Source: Utricularia gibba (lineage: Eukaryota > Plantae > Magnoliophyta). From it: 64,000 bases of DNA. Shown here piece by piece: positions 1 to 13,188 of this stretch. A program made the translations under genes and the position numbers. Each line of letters begins with the position of its first letter. The first letter of the stretch is position 1. The DNA is taken from NCBI GenBank assembly GCA_002189035.1, contig NEEC01000002.1, positions 4,092,001 through 4,156,000 of the forward strand, given 5' to 3'. The notes under the pieces were generated by a model. It was not told the DNA's origin, did no database searches, and was given only the letters and a program-made list of their open reading frames with translations.

Positions 1-105
1 AATACCCTTAACGTTTGAAAGTACTTAGAGAAACGATTTTCTTCTTTTTTATTTTACCATTTCTTTTGTGATTTTTCTAAAAAAATTTACAGCAATAGAA
101 ACAGT

Positions 106-3100
106 ATGCCAGCAAGATCTAGGTCAAATAAGACCGCAAAGGAGAATCCCAACTGAAAGAAAGCACAAAAGTAGAAGGCAAAGGAAGGTATTGGGGATGG
201 TGAAGCCACTACCACTGTTGCTCCAACCCAAGAAGAAGTCATTCCGCCTACTGCTACCACTGTAGAGGATGTTCGAGGAGCAGATGTGATTCCTCAGGCG
301 GCGGAGATCGGGGAACCCTCTAAGAGAAAAAAAACGAAAGGACACACTCTCCGATTTAGAGCATACTAGCCTCATGCAACAATTGAGGGACATGCAGCAT
401 AGTCACAAGAATTGAAAGGCACCAGTGGAAGAACCACCCATAGAGCCGCAGGTCTTACCTAAGAAGAAGGGGAGGAAGCATGGGACGAAAAAGCAAAAGG
501 CCCCGCTAGAGGAACCTATGTCTAAAAAAGAAACAGCCACACTGGAAGAACAAGCAGTACCAACAGCGGAAGAAAATGCTGGAAATTCTCGGCAAGAAGA
601 AGTGGTAGCTGTTAGTGTATGTGTTCTAGAGACAAACAACTAATTGGCAAATATTATCTTATGATATTTACTTTGAATTGTGATCAAATTTATATCATTG
701 ATAAAATCCTCTACTTGATCTATGTGCTATATAAATTATGATGAGATCATAATGTGAGATTCTTCAAACACTCATGATCAAGTTAAAAACTCCCTAGCTA
801 GAGTATTTGTGAAATGAGGATATCACAAATACGGATAAGCTGGCACACATTGAGTTTCCTAAATTGTTGAGGCAATGGTTCTCATAATTGATGTAATGAG
901 ATTATTAGAACCTATGTGTGGGTGTCGATTAGAGAATCGATTCACTTGATGACTTATCTTCGAGATGCTACTATGGGAAGCTAACCAAGTGTCAGTAGCA
1001 AGATCTCAAATATAACAGCTGTGCAATTAAGCTTAGACTTGAGGTCAACAAAGTTATCTTGATCTTAATCTCACATTTTCGCTCATTACTAATGGAAGCC
1101 TAACCATGGCTTGCCTAGTATGGATGAGTAGGGATGTGACTCCTTAAGGTTGGAGATAGTTGATTGATCAATAAAGGATTCATCACTCATGTTAGCGATG
1201 AGATCATATCTCAAGTAATTGCATCAAAGCCTAACAGTAAGTCCTGGGCCCAGGGTAATGACACTCGAATTGTTTGAGTAGGTCATTGAGTATTAATGCT
1301 TGAATGCAATTATAAGTTCGATACATCAGAAAGACACACATCCATGTTCTAGTATCGAATGAGATACAAGTATGATAAAAGTTGTTCATTGCATGGTGGC
1401 TGATCATGGAAAGGCTCAATCAGTTCACCTGATTATTCTTACATCTTGGGATCATGATATGTTGCTAGACATCACTCATGATCGATAATGATGGATTTGA
1501 TTAATTAAGAGTTAATTAATAAATCCATTATTACGGCCTTGATTGAAGAAGCCTATAGGGTCACACACAATAGTGGAGTCACTCAACGATATAAAATAGA
1601 ATGACACAAATACATGAGATGTAATTGGTAAAGTGGATAAATTAAATTGAGAGTTATTTTGAGATTAATATTGATTAAACTCAAAATAAAAGATCATATA
1701 TAGATAAGATTTGGAACATATACATATCTCCGCAAGATAAGATCTTTACGGAGATATGATTTGATATATTTCCATATATCTATCAAAAGATTTAGATCTT
1801 GTGATATGCTCCAAAAGGTCTTCGTGCTCTCTGAGACTAATACACAAAGATGCGTTTTTCTCTACTAGCACCTGATAAATTCGACCAGCATTCAAGAGCC
1901 TTGAGAAGGTTATTGACGGAGTGCTCCATGTGTGGATACCATAGAAGCCGTCTCCTATTGGCGGTTGGTGAACAACGGAGTCATCTGAAAGGTATTTCAG
2001 CATCCCTTAGTCTGATGTATACTGTATTCCAAGATCTGCGTTGGGGGTTTTGAAAATTTTTAAAATTCCGCTGCTTTTGAGATATACGATGTCTACGAGA
2101 AAGCCAACAGTAGCAGAGGAAGAACTTGAGGTTGGAAATGAAATTCTGGAAGAGAAGAGCCCATAAGAGGTAGGTTGAGCAGCCACTAGTCAAGGGTCAG
2201 AAGGAGGAGGGAAATCCATGTGTAGAAACTACTGCAAGCACAACTAAAGAGGTGCAAGAGGGGATGGAAAAGGTAAGGAAATATCTCTCAAAACTAGTCC
2301 CTATGTTCATGAATGTAGGAAAGTTTGTAGTGGAAAGAGAATGGCTCCAGAGACAAATGACCTGAAAGGGAATCCCCTACTTCAAGCATCATGCAGACAT
2401 ATTTGAAGCTTGAGACAGCTGAATATGTGGATCAATATGGACAGGTAAAATGTGCTAAGGTATTGCTGTGCCGTCACATTGATTTCGAAGTTCTTGTGAA
2501 ATGAACATAGTGGACAAGGTTTATATGATGTTTGAAAAGTTTGCTTTCATGATTTTATTTGAATTAAAACTTCTTGCTTGTGTGGAATTGTCATATGAAT
2601 CTGCCTTCATGTTTACTTATAAAATTCTAGAAATTGTTTCAGAGCCCGCTACTGTTTCTTTTCGTTTGATGGGAAGTGAATTTTTGTTTTTGTTGGCTAA
2701 GTGGAATGTAGCTCTTGATTTTTGTTTAATACAGCAAGTGGACTCGTGTGATATTGCTGCTTCATTATTTGATTATCCAATAGACTTTGATGTAGAAGAA
2801 TTTTATGGCATTTTGACTGATCAGGATGTTATTAAATTTAAACCAAAGGGGACAAAAGATGAATTGTTTGTTTATCCAATAGACTTTGTTGAATTTAACA
2901 TGTGCTATGTTCACATGTTACTCACTACAACTCTCTTTGGTAGAAATATGGGATTTAATGCCCTTTACAAACGTGAATTATCTGTATTATGGTGCATTAT
3001 GCACAAACAAACTTTAAACTTAGGTGTCATGCTTGCTAAACAAATGCATAGAGACTATAGGCATGCGAAAATCAACAGTTTCAGTTTTCATCACATTGTC

Positions 3101-3379
3101 ATGCATCTTGTTCACACACTTTATCCTGAAAAATTGTCTGAACTTGAATTCTTCCACATTGAAACTAAGACAATACTTTTGGATGCAAATTTCTTGAAAG
3201 TTTTTAGATCTTTGGCTAGACTAACAGAAAGTGTGATTCCAAGGAAGAAAGGCAAAAATGCTGCTGCTGCTCCACTAAACCCTAAACCAAACTCAACCCA
3301 GGAATACAAATGCTATTGCTGCCCAAAAATGCTTGAAGTCATGAATGATAAAGTTAACCTGAAAATTTTTCTGAACTGA
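106..3379 (+). pseudogene. Athila-type (Ty3/gypsy) ORF2 / env-like ORF remnant, split by a solo LTR
   Basis: ATG at 106 (MPARSRSNK...). The frame reads RQEEVVA|AEEELEVG across the 610-2109 insertion. The 292-aa open segment 2501-3379 has Athila-ORF-like motifs (VSFRLMG, ELSVLWCIM, NLGVMLAKQM). A homologous inverted copy lies at about 42450-43700 (TNKGIPYFKRHAD vs KGIPYFKHHAD). Stops and frameshifts occur upstream of 2501. Confidence 0.65.
610..2109 (+). mobile_element. Solo LTR, Angela-type Ty1/copia (1500 bp), TSD GTAGC
   Basis: TG...CA termini (tgttagtgtatgtgttctagag ... gagaaagccaaca). GTAGC at both 605-609 and 2110-2114. The start resembles the Angela/BARE LTR start TGTTGG..ATGCCCTAGAG. 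Homologous to 22953-24437 and 33117-34579. Confidence 0.9.
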
Positions 3380-3516
3380 AACGGGGAGTGGCCGATGCCT
3401 CCTTGAACAAGTAACATGCTGGTGTGCCTATTTAGTTAGTTTAGTTTTATTTAATTACTTTTCTGTTATGTTTATTAGTGGAAGAAGAGTATGTTAGTCT
3501 TTGCTAGGAATGATAT

Positions 3517-4075
3517 TGATGAGATCATGGATGCTATACATTATCCCAATGATGATAAAGGACACAACATCAATAATCCTCTATTAATTTCAATTGGGCC
3601 AATTACTAGATCAAAAGCAAGAAAGAATCAAGAGATGCTTAAGGGCCTATGGGCCAATCAACAAAGCGGCATAGAATTCAACCTTCTCAAAGTGGATCAA
3701 CTTGATTAGAGAAGGCCCATTATTCCCAAATATATTATTATTACTATTTTCTTCTAAGAAGGCCCAATCCTTCATCTATATAAGAAGGGCCTTACTCCTT
3801 GTTTTTGGACAATTTTGATTGTAATCACTTTTGAGAGCTATTCTCCTTCCTTGAGTTCTTGTAGAACTTAGATTTATCAAGCCTTGCTTGTGGTGTATAG
3901 TGTGTGGTTTATCACTCCCAATTCCTTCCTTGATTCTGTGAGTGTGGTACCAATTTATAGTTTGGGTTGCAAGGATCTTTTAATCCTTGAGGGCCAACTT
4001 CTTTTCGTTGAGGGATTGCTTCTTTTCAACCAAGATCTGGTTTGCCAATCACTTGTTGTTTGGAGGGTCGTATCA
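3517..4075 (+). mobile_element. Solo LTR, CRM (centromeric chromovirus) type (559 bp), TSD GATAT
   Basis: Termini tgatgag...cgtatca with GATAT at 3512-3516 and 4076-4080. It encodes GPITRSKARKNQEMLKGL, the integrase C-terminal motif of CRM elements that extends into the 3' LTR. TATA-like ctatataag near 3776. Confidence 0.8.
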
Positions 4076-4249
4076 GATATGCATGTTGTTATTAGTTTTT
4101 ATTTAGTGTCTGGAAACTCCTTCAAAGCATTAGCTGATTGAGAATTATGATCGAGAATGATCGAGGTTCATGACCTTGTATACCTTTTTTTTAAACCTTG
4201 TGAGTATGTTATTCCCGTTCCTTTCATATGGGTGCATGCCTGATTAGAT

Positions 4250-4829
4250 GAACAAGTAGCTTCATAACTCAGATGTTTAATTTAGAGGTAGACTAACAAA
4301 TCAAGGCGGGGACAGTAGGTATTAGTTGAAGATAGAACCGATAGAATTGGATACACCTAGTTCTATATACCTTGCATGCGGGTAGATCTAATTGCAAAGT
4401 TAGTGATGATAGTAGGAACTAAACCGAAAACATGATGAAGAATTTGGGTAGACTTATCTAATTTGGAGTTGTGAGTATGGAAACTCTATAGATTAAATTA
4501 GAAATCTTAGTACCATATCAACTGCACATCCTTGAGGTATTTTAGTACTATCCTGTAATATAACTAGCACTTGTTATTTTCTACTCTGCAAGTTGACCTC
4601 ACTTAACAAGTTTGTCTATTACTGTTAGTTTGATCTTACATTAAAACTGAAATCATTTTGCGATTTTGCATAGACTAAAACATATAGCAAACATTCGCTC
4701 CTTATGATCAGCCTTTAAAACCACTATGCATGTTCTGTGAACTTGTATTTTGTAAATAGTAGGGTCTATAAATTTATTTAATATGAAATTTGATTTTATT
4801 ACAATGATATTCAAAATTTCCGCTTATCA
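4250..4829 (+). mobile_element. 3' part of an Athila-type LTR (family B)
   Basis: Ends ...tataaatttattt...ccgcttatca at 4829. The same terminal motif occurs at 21407 (+), 42307 (-) and 44601 (-). The 5' boundary is approximate. Confidence 0.55.
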
Positions 4830-5629
4830 TATAAATATCTATGTCTTCACAATTTTTAATGGAAAGACCAACAACATCCACATTAAAAGATTCTAAAATG
4901 CATTTAACTAAGTTTTCATACCTTAAACTTCACCTAAGGATCCAAAATCGGTACAATAAGAAACTAATGTGGAATTTCATCAACGTATTTCAAAAACTTA
5001 TTTATCATATTTCACACTTCTCAAAAAATCATAAACACTTTGATTATCATAAAAAGTAAATGAAATTTTACAAATACATAAAAGCACAAATTGAGAAGAT
5101 GGATAATAAATACTACTCTAAATCTTATTACAAGAGTAAAATATTTCTGATAAATTCACTAAATTTTTTATCTTTTCAAAAATAGAATGAGTCAAGAAAT
5201 TTAAACCTATAAAAGATTCAAGAAATTCTATAAGCATATTTTCATAAGAAATAAAAAATTATAACATATTTTATGATAACAAATATTTCTTTCTTGACAA
5301 ATCATTTTAAAATCATGTGTTTTATTAGGTGTAGTTCTAATTATACTAACTAAACCACGAATATGAATTAAAAAAATTTCATACTCCTTCAAACCACTTT
5401 ACACACACAAATTTAAAATATTACGAGTGCACCTAGTTTGGAAAAAAATATTATTCAACATAGGATTCATACTATTTCTTTTAAATGTCAATAGCGTTTG
5501 TGTAATTTATTTTTTCATACACTAAGAATCATCCATCCAAGAACATATGATGACAATATAACTTTCAGTGTTGCAATCTTTTCAACCATCACAAGTTAAA
5601 CAAAACTTACATTGTAGAGATTTAAAAGT

Positions 5630-6550
5630 AGAATTAAAGACAAGTTAAATTCAAGATCTTGCAAAAATTGAAGGTCTTCTCTAAAGGTTAATTCTTCATC
5701 ATTTTCAAAAACATAAGATATAGTAGAATCAGTTTGAGAAGAATTTTGTATACCAGACCCATTCATTTTGTAAAAAATAAAAAAAAAACCTATTGTCATG
5801 CATGGCTAGCCAATGTCATCTGAAGTGGAAATTTGAAACTTGAAAATACCTCCAGCTACGAATTCTATGTAGAATTTGAAATAAAATTCTTGCTATTATG
5901 AGTGATGCGGGAATAAGAGAAAGTAGTGAAAAACTATATGATATTCATATGATCTATATGGATAATTTTGTTATTAAAATAATATCAACTATTATTTTCA
6001 AAACCATGTGAACACACCAAAGTCCACATTGCACATTCACAAGTGCATGCGCTAGATGTTGACACTTGGCAAAAACTAGGAGGCAGAGGCACCACAATGC
6101 ACATGGGTATATTAAATATATACTTATGTTAAGATATGTATTGCATTATAAATATAGATGCATTAGTCAACTTAGCAACGCGTAACTAGCCGTTGGGATA
6201 AATGTTTTGATAACAAATTGTTAAGATATGTATTGGGTTAAACTAACCAAATTATTAAACAAATTTGGGTATTTTAATAATTTTCTATTGAGGTAAGATA
6301 TTTATATTTATTAATATCACTGTAATTTTATAATACTAACATAGTAATTATGCATAATTCATTTACAAAGATTTTCGATGGTGATCTTTTTTTTAAAAAA
6401 AAAGACCAATTTTTTGTTTCATATACATTTGTTGAATATTTAGAATTTTTGAATTTTATATTCCAAACTGTATGATTTTGGAACTAGAATTGGAACTGCA
6501 TGGACACAAATCTATTGGAATTGAACCCAAACCAATTCTAGTTTGGTTCA
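5630..6550 (-). mobile_element. hAT relic: left arm and transposase N-terminus
   Basis: ORF 5596-5799 (GFFFIFYKMNGSGIQNSSQTDSTISYVFENDEELTFREDLQFLQ) is homologous to the hAT ORF 28108-28578. The upstream non-coding DNA matches 27880-28110, and gaacc-type subterminal motifs lie near 6480-6550. Confidence 0.65.
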
Positions 6551-6552
6551 GA

Positions 6553-7190
6553 CTAATAATAGATTTAATTAATTAAGAGTTAGTTAATAAATTCATTATT
6601 ACAGACTTGATTGAAAAAGCATATAGGATCACACACAATAGTGAAGTCATTCATCGATATAAAAAAGAATAACACAATTACATGAGATGTAATTGGTAAA
6701 TTAGATAAATTGAATAGAGAATTATTTTGAGATTAATATTGATTAAACTCAAAATCAAGGATTTGATATAAATAAGATTTGGGAACATAGATATCTATTA
6801 GATTTCCACAAGATAAGATCTTTACAGAAATTTGATTAGATACTTTCCAAATATCTATATAAGATAATAAAAAACATTTGATCCATAGAGATTTCTAGGT
6901 CTTCATTCTCTCTGATATTTATCTGCAAGAGGCAACTTTCTCTACTAGCATTTGATGAGATCAATCATCATTCTGTGGCATTGAGAAAGTTATTGACGGT
7001 GTGCTTCATGTGTGGATATCATAGACGCCGTCTATTGTTGGTAGTTGATAAACAATGCAGTGTACTAAAAAGTATTTTCATAATCACTTTTTTTATGTAT
7101 ATCGTATTTCAAGATCTGTGGTTTGAGTTTGTTAAAAAATTTTAAATTTCACAATATTGAGGAGATACGATGTCTATGAGAAACCTAACA
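6553..7190 (+). mobile_element. Truncated Angela-type LTR (3' part)
   Basis: Matches about 1485-2109 and ends gagaaacctaaca at 7190. The 5' part is missing and no TSD was found. Confidence 0.8.
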
Positions 7191-8103
7191 ACCACCATCT
7201 ATCATCACCACCTAGGAGTAGATGGTGCAAAATTTCTAGGATCACTCTATAAAACTAGAATGAGCTTCTAGTAGTAGATGAGTCCTCGCTTAAATGAGGC
7301 AAAGTGAGTGAGAAAATATTCAAGAGCATTATGATCACTCTTGAATGTTGTTTCCACAACAAATTTTAAAAAGAATTAAAATGTAAAACACACAAAAGGT
7401 GTAGTACAAGTATTGATCATAGAAAGTGATTAGTTATTCATGAATCCTAATTTAACGAAGGGCATTATAGAAAGAGTATAATGTGTGCACCCGAAGACAT
7501 GTGAAACGTTATTGAATCTAGGGAGGAAATGGAATATTAAAAACCAAAAATTGGAAGGAGAAGTCTCCAAACCCAGAAACATGAAGTTTTGGCGCGAAAG
7601 ACCATACATGCATGAACTCAAAGTAAACTAGAGAGAAGATAGAGAAAATTGTTTTAGAGAGATGATGTACCATGTCTAAAACTAAAGTCTAGAAAGAGAA
7701 AAGTTTCTTTATCTAACACTTGTAAGACACTTAAATTTTGTTGCTGATTTAATGTGACTTGTAAGACAACCATATGCTACTCTAACCCTACAGCATAATC
7801 ACTAATCCTTCTGTTTGCCTTGACTATGTCCAGCATATCACGGCTCATCATCAACAACTTCTCTTCTTTGAGAAATCATGGAAGATGTCTTTTAGTGAGA
7901 TCTTTGTTTGTCATATAGTATTGCCACATTTTTCAACTATTGTCGTGTATATTTTCGAGCTATGTACTTAAATTCAACTAAACTTAAGAAAATATAAGAT
8001 GAAGTAAAACAATAAAGATAAATAAAATAGTATAAGAAAACCTTATAATTCCAATTCTAGACTTCTAAATATACAACTATAATCACATTACCTAGAGAAT
8101 GAT

Positions 8104-9252
8104 TGATAAACAAAAAATTTGTGCAAGTCGTTAAATTGCAATTTTTCCTATCAAATAAATTTAAAACCTAATACATATTCAAGCATAATATAATTATGAG
8201 TATAGTGGTTAGGGTCGAACACAAAGAGCAGGTGCTTGTCATGTGAGAGTTAATGCATGAAATCAATGTCACGTTAATGGATTTGGTTTTAACTAGGACT
8301 AAGGCAAAACTACGATGGAATGTAGTAAAGAAAAATAGCAAGCTTGGGACTCGGTGGTTTATAATATGAAATGGGTGATGCCTTGAGATTTCTAGGGGAT
8401 ATATGCTTATGACTAAACAAGCTCACATAAACTATAAATCATATAACTACCTCACAAGGTCTAGGTCTATCCGGACTCTTGTTTTCCCCTTAATCTTTGG
8501 TCTACCTCTAATTAGGGTTATTAAGCTGGGTTTCACTACTTGCCCCTCCCGAATCTATTCTGGTTTGTTAAGAAGGTGACGTGACTTATGGTTTATTAGA
8601 TCTAAAAATTGATTAGCACATCTACCCCCCTTTCACCCCAAGACACCTTCCTAAGTGTTTAGCCACTCATGCCAAGGGAAAGGAAAACGTTTTCATAGCA
8701 TATCATCAGCATCATTCTGGTTTCAAAGTTAAACAACAACAAGCAATGCATAACAGAAATAGAAAAGACAAATTGTTCATGCAGTAAATCTAAAACTAGT
8801 CTTAGCTAGGAATAGTATGCATCAAGAACGAAAATAAATCTTTAAAGAGAAGCTGTGTTCTTCTGGTTCGTCGTTCCCTTCCTTTTTTCCACCCTAGAAA
8901 AATCTCCATAAAATGTGTCTTGAGTCTCCAATGGGGAGATCTACTTTCTATCTCCATCATCTCCCCCTTTTTGTCTAAAATCTCACTTTTCATCTCCTTG
9001 GATTTTGTGTGTACTCCTTTTCAAACTTCTGCTACCTTCTCTGCCACTACACCTACACTGTTCATATTCGGCTCCTTGGGCTTTGTGTTGTGACCTATGC
9101 TGCATTACTCGAAAGAAACTATTAGAAGGGACTTAAATAACACTACTACAACACTATGCAAAAAAATATGGAACTAGGCAATAAAACATAATTTTTGTAG
9201 CACAATATGAGTAATTTTCATATATTCAATCACTCAAAAATATGTGTTATCA
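8104..9252 (-). mobile_element. Solo LTR, Athila-type family A (1149 bp), TSD ATGAT
   Basis: Termini tgataaac...gtgttatca with ATGAT at 8099-8103 and 9253-9257. Homologous to 47481-48591. It is nested near the start of an older LTR whose terminus (tatca) is at 9281. Confidence 0.85.
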
Positions 9253-10586
9253 ATGATACAAAATATAATGGTAAAATATCACTAATCATTAACTTCAACC
9301 AAATTCGCAATGACTATTCATACCATGGGGTCACTAAAGCTCGTCCCAAAAACTCCATATTCAGTGTGTAAGGATCATGGAGTGAGATATGCATAAAAGT
9401 GCAATTCCTAAATATGCAGTTGAAATACACAAATGCTGATCATATCACTCCTACATTTCATAGACTGATGCACTTAATGCCACACATAGAGCCTCAAGTC
9501 AAAGCTTTAGCCCTCCTATGGAAACTAAGTTTCTTGAGGGAGGGAGGGGGACACCTATTGCCTATTGATGTACACAGAAAAGGAGAGGCTAATGTTGAGT
9601 TCATGTGAGTAGGAGTATGCTGGAAATGACCATATCAATAATAAGTTATATTATAATAACAATTCCCCTCCTTATGAAATGCTGACTAACATGCCAATTT
9701 CCATTTGTTAAGATGATAAGATGAAAAACCTCATAATATCATGCCCATAAAGAAAATGTAAGAAAAACACTTTTGTAATCACAAGACTGAAGTTAAGTGT
9801 ATAAATCCAAGAATTAGTGTGAGGTCGCACATTTGTACCCCAACTCCATCCATTGTCTCTCTCGTTGATCAATGACTTGCTTCCGCCTTTCCGCTAACAT
9901 TTTCACCTCTCTCTCTTCTTCTTTTTTTATTTACAAGCTAAAGTATGGGGATCCATTGCTCGAATCTCACGTCACATCTAACAGTTAATACATTCAGGGG
10001 ACCCTATGATGCCTGTGTTCTCATTGACGGTTTGGAAGCCGAAATCCCAAAGCCTCCATGCTCGCGGCTTTAGAGCTTGAGACTCGTCGTCAACTCAATT
10101 GGGATTGGATTGCTCAAAAGGTGTTTGGGAGCGCACTTGGCCTAAGGAATTGAGGAGGGACTTGATGGTCTTCCTGATTTTCATGAGGGCCGGAGCGAGG
10201 CCTTCTTTTTGTAAACTAAAGGCAGGCAGGCAGGCCAGGCACTCTAGGGAAAATGTTTTAAACAAATTACAAGGAAAATGAGAGTGGGGCGGGGGGTAGG
10301 GTGGTGGTGGTGGTTTAGTAAATAAAACATTTATTAGGTGATAACGGCTCCTCCATCCCGTCGAGGGACGTGGAAGCATCAAGGACGCGCCCATCTGACG
10401 TCACCGTGCACATTTGATTAATGCGGATTCTAGAGGGAGTTTACCAAATAAAACACTCGATTAATAAAATAGGCAATCTGTTTTCCGGTAAAATAAAAAC
10501 AGAATCGGAATCCAGGAAATGGAATTAGCAGAATTCTGATTTCAGGGTATACGCCATCTAACTCGTTGGAGGTTGCAAGCATCGGA

Positions 10587-10588
<2 letters not shown>

Positions 10589-10620
<32 letters not shown>
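10589..10620. repeat. (GA)16 microsatellite about 150 bp upstream of the 10767 ATG
   Basis: Directly visible. GA-repeats are known binding sites for BBR/BPC factors; binding here is inferred only. Confidence 0.95.
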
Positions 10621-10624
<4 letters not shown>

Positions 10625-10766
10625 GTTAAATGGGTGGTCAAAAAGGTTTCATGAAAGGCGAACATTAATTAAATTGGTGGTCCATCGGATATTAATAACC
10701 CAAAAAGTATATCCTCTTTAATTCAGAGAAAGGAATCATTCTGCGACATACTGCACATTGAGCAGA

Positions 10767-11383
10767 ATGAGTGGCGGCGGCACCCGTTTAAGCAACCTCG
10801 GAATCGCGCTCGCCACCATTCTCTTATTCACGCTACTAGTCCTCATCGCGCAACTTCTCTACGTTTTATGGCACCGCGGAGTATTTCGCCGATGCAGCAG
10901 CGGCGCCGTAGATGGATTCACCAAGTATCAATCCTCGAAATCGCCTTTCTCCTCCAAGGAATTCCTCTTTTTCTTCTGCATAAAACCGCATCGATGCGTC
11001 AACTCCAAATCCCTAAGCGCTACCTCCGATAATGACGATTCCAGTTTGAATCGGCGTGTGGAAGCGGATGTCGTCGAAATCGATGTTTTCAGGATGAACG
11101 GAATCGCGGGGTGCCCGGACCTCCCCGATTCTTGTTCACTATCATGGAAGAAGATTGGGAGGGGTGGGAGTCGCAGGCGGAAAAACTGCGGTGTTGTTCT
11201 GATAGAAGCATCAGCAAGCTTAGCCTGAAAGATTGCTTGAAATTGACACAAGAGACAGCTCCGGAAGACGGCCGCGAAAGCACCGATTCGACGCCGTATA
11301 CAACTCCCTGTGCTTCTCCGGCTTATTTCACTCCTTATACTTCGCCGTTGAGCGAGATATTTGGCGGTACTGCCGAGGGGTGA
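10767..11383 (+). CDS. Single-exon uncharacterised plant membrane protein (AT5G59350-like family) with a 1-nt frameshift near 11108-11111
   Basis: An N-terminal TM helix (LSNLGIALATILLFTLLVLIAQLLYVLWHR) and SKEFLFFFC lie in one frame. GPPRFLFTIMEE and TPYTTPCASPAYFTP lie in the -1 frame. ATG to stop is 617 nt; one extra G in the GGGG run gives a 205-aa ORF. Confidence 0.75.
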
Positions 11384-13058
11384 GCCTCTAACCACCAGTT
11401 CCGGTAATGTGGAATCCAGGACATGAAATGCCGCAGTTCTGCATTTAAACGTCGTCATATCAATGACCCATGTTATTTTAAACTTGTAGCTCTGATTCAT
11501 CTTCTGTTTTACCTCTGTATTCAATTTGTTAGTGAGCGAAATGTAGCGCCTTATTAGAACGGACATGCTCGGGGCCGGCACTACCTCCGCCGCCGATAAC
11601 ATATTGCCCTCTGGGAAGAGCTGAGAAGGAGACGGCTGTTGCTGTTGCCGCTGCATCGCAAACCAAGTCCAAGTCTGTATCCTCCAAATCCTTGTTGTAG
11701 ATGAGATTTAGAGATGTGTTGGGAATCGGGATCTCGTGCACTGAGAGGCCCGGCAAATCGCACCCGTATTCATCATACTTTACTTTTTCTAAAAACATTT
11801 TAAATTTAATAATTTTAATCATCAATTCTAATAATAAATTATTTTTATTTAATTAATCCATTGATTTGATTTTTCATATTTTTTCCATTTTTATTTCGAA
11901 TGCTTGATTATCATTGATAGATTATCATCATCGTTATTTAAAGTTATTATTCATCCGTTATCATTGTAATTTTTGTTTGTTTTTTTTGCATGTTGAATTT
12001 CTAATTTAGAATTTATATTCTTGAATTTATGGATGTGATGATATGATATTTTTAAATTCTTAATTGTTTAGTTCTAATATATTTATGTTCATTTTTTATT
12101 CAATTAGAATTATATAAATATCTTATGATCTCGTAATAATGACATAAATAATCTATGAAAATTTATTTATAAAACTCTAATTAGATCTATCTCAAAAGGA
12201 AATGCACATATTCATTGCAATATTTATAATTCAACATTCACTGGATCATAGTAAAAAGTTAGAGATAATCTAATAAAACTTCCAAGAAGTAGAGTAAGCA
12301 TATATCAAAATCAAAGCAAAACACAAGCTGTTGAAATCAAAAAAGACTTGATGAAGAAGATTTTGTGAGGACTTTTGAGTAAGAAGGCTTCTATGGTATC
12401 TTTGCCTCCTAATAGGCTATTCGTTGCTCCTATAACCAGCTATATGATTCAAGTGCATACTCTTCAACTTCAAGAGGAAAAAATATTTAATATCCAAGAC
12501 AGAATTGAGACTGATAATGCAACATCAAAGTTTTTTATGCTTATGATTTCCTAGTTAGACTGCTAATTGAGACTGAAAATGTGAATATATTTTGTAAACT
12601 ACTAATTTATTTTTGCAATTCCATTATTTAAGTTGTACATCACTGGATGTGAATCTTTTAAGAGGAAAGCATTTGAAGAATGAAAAAGAGCATGAGGTGA
12701 TTTACTATTATGTCTAATGGATGGACTGATACTAATATGAGAACATTGACTAATTTCTTTTACACCTTATAAATATATTAGGCGCCTTTTGATGAATTCT
12801 ACACCCTTCCATCTCCTTTCATCTTATTAGAGCGTGTTGTAGTTTTTTTATGGGTGAGCACATGGATTCAACTAGCATTGTTGTCATATATGGAGTTAAT
12901 ATCATTGAATATTCTCACAATTATAAAATCTATGGTATGCAACTACTATGCATCCAAAGTTTCAAGGGTACCATGACATTTATTTCTTAATGAAAAGAAT
13001 TATATTCAATATGTAACAAAAACAAATGGGTCAAAAAACCAATTAAACACATGCTTGA

Positions 13059-13188
13059 TGTTGGGTTTCTTGTAGACATCGTATGTCTCAAAAGCAGCGG
13101 AATTTTAAAAATTTTGAGAAACCCCAATCGCAGACCTTGGAATACGATATACATCAGACGAAGGGATGTTCAAAGTACCTTTCAGATG
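13059..13188 (-). mobile_element. 130-bp terminal fragment of the Angela-type LTR
   Basis: tgttgggtttcttgtagacatc...acctttcagatg matches the LTR end at 33117 and 22953. Confidence 0.85.

Noticed and set aside
9950-10400. Mitochondrial insertion (NUMT)
   Set aside because: The composition is suggestive, but I recognise no organellar gene. It is kept only as an unexplained island.
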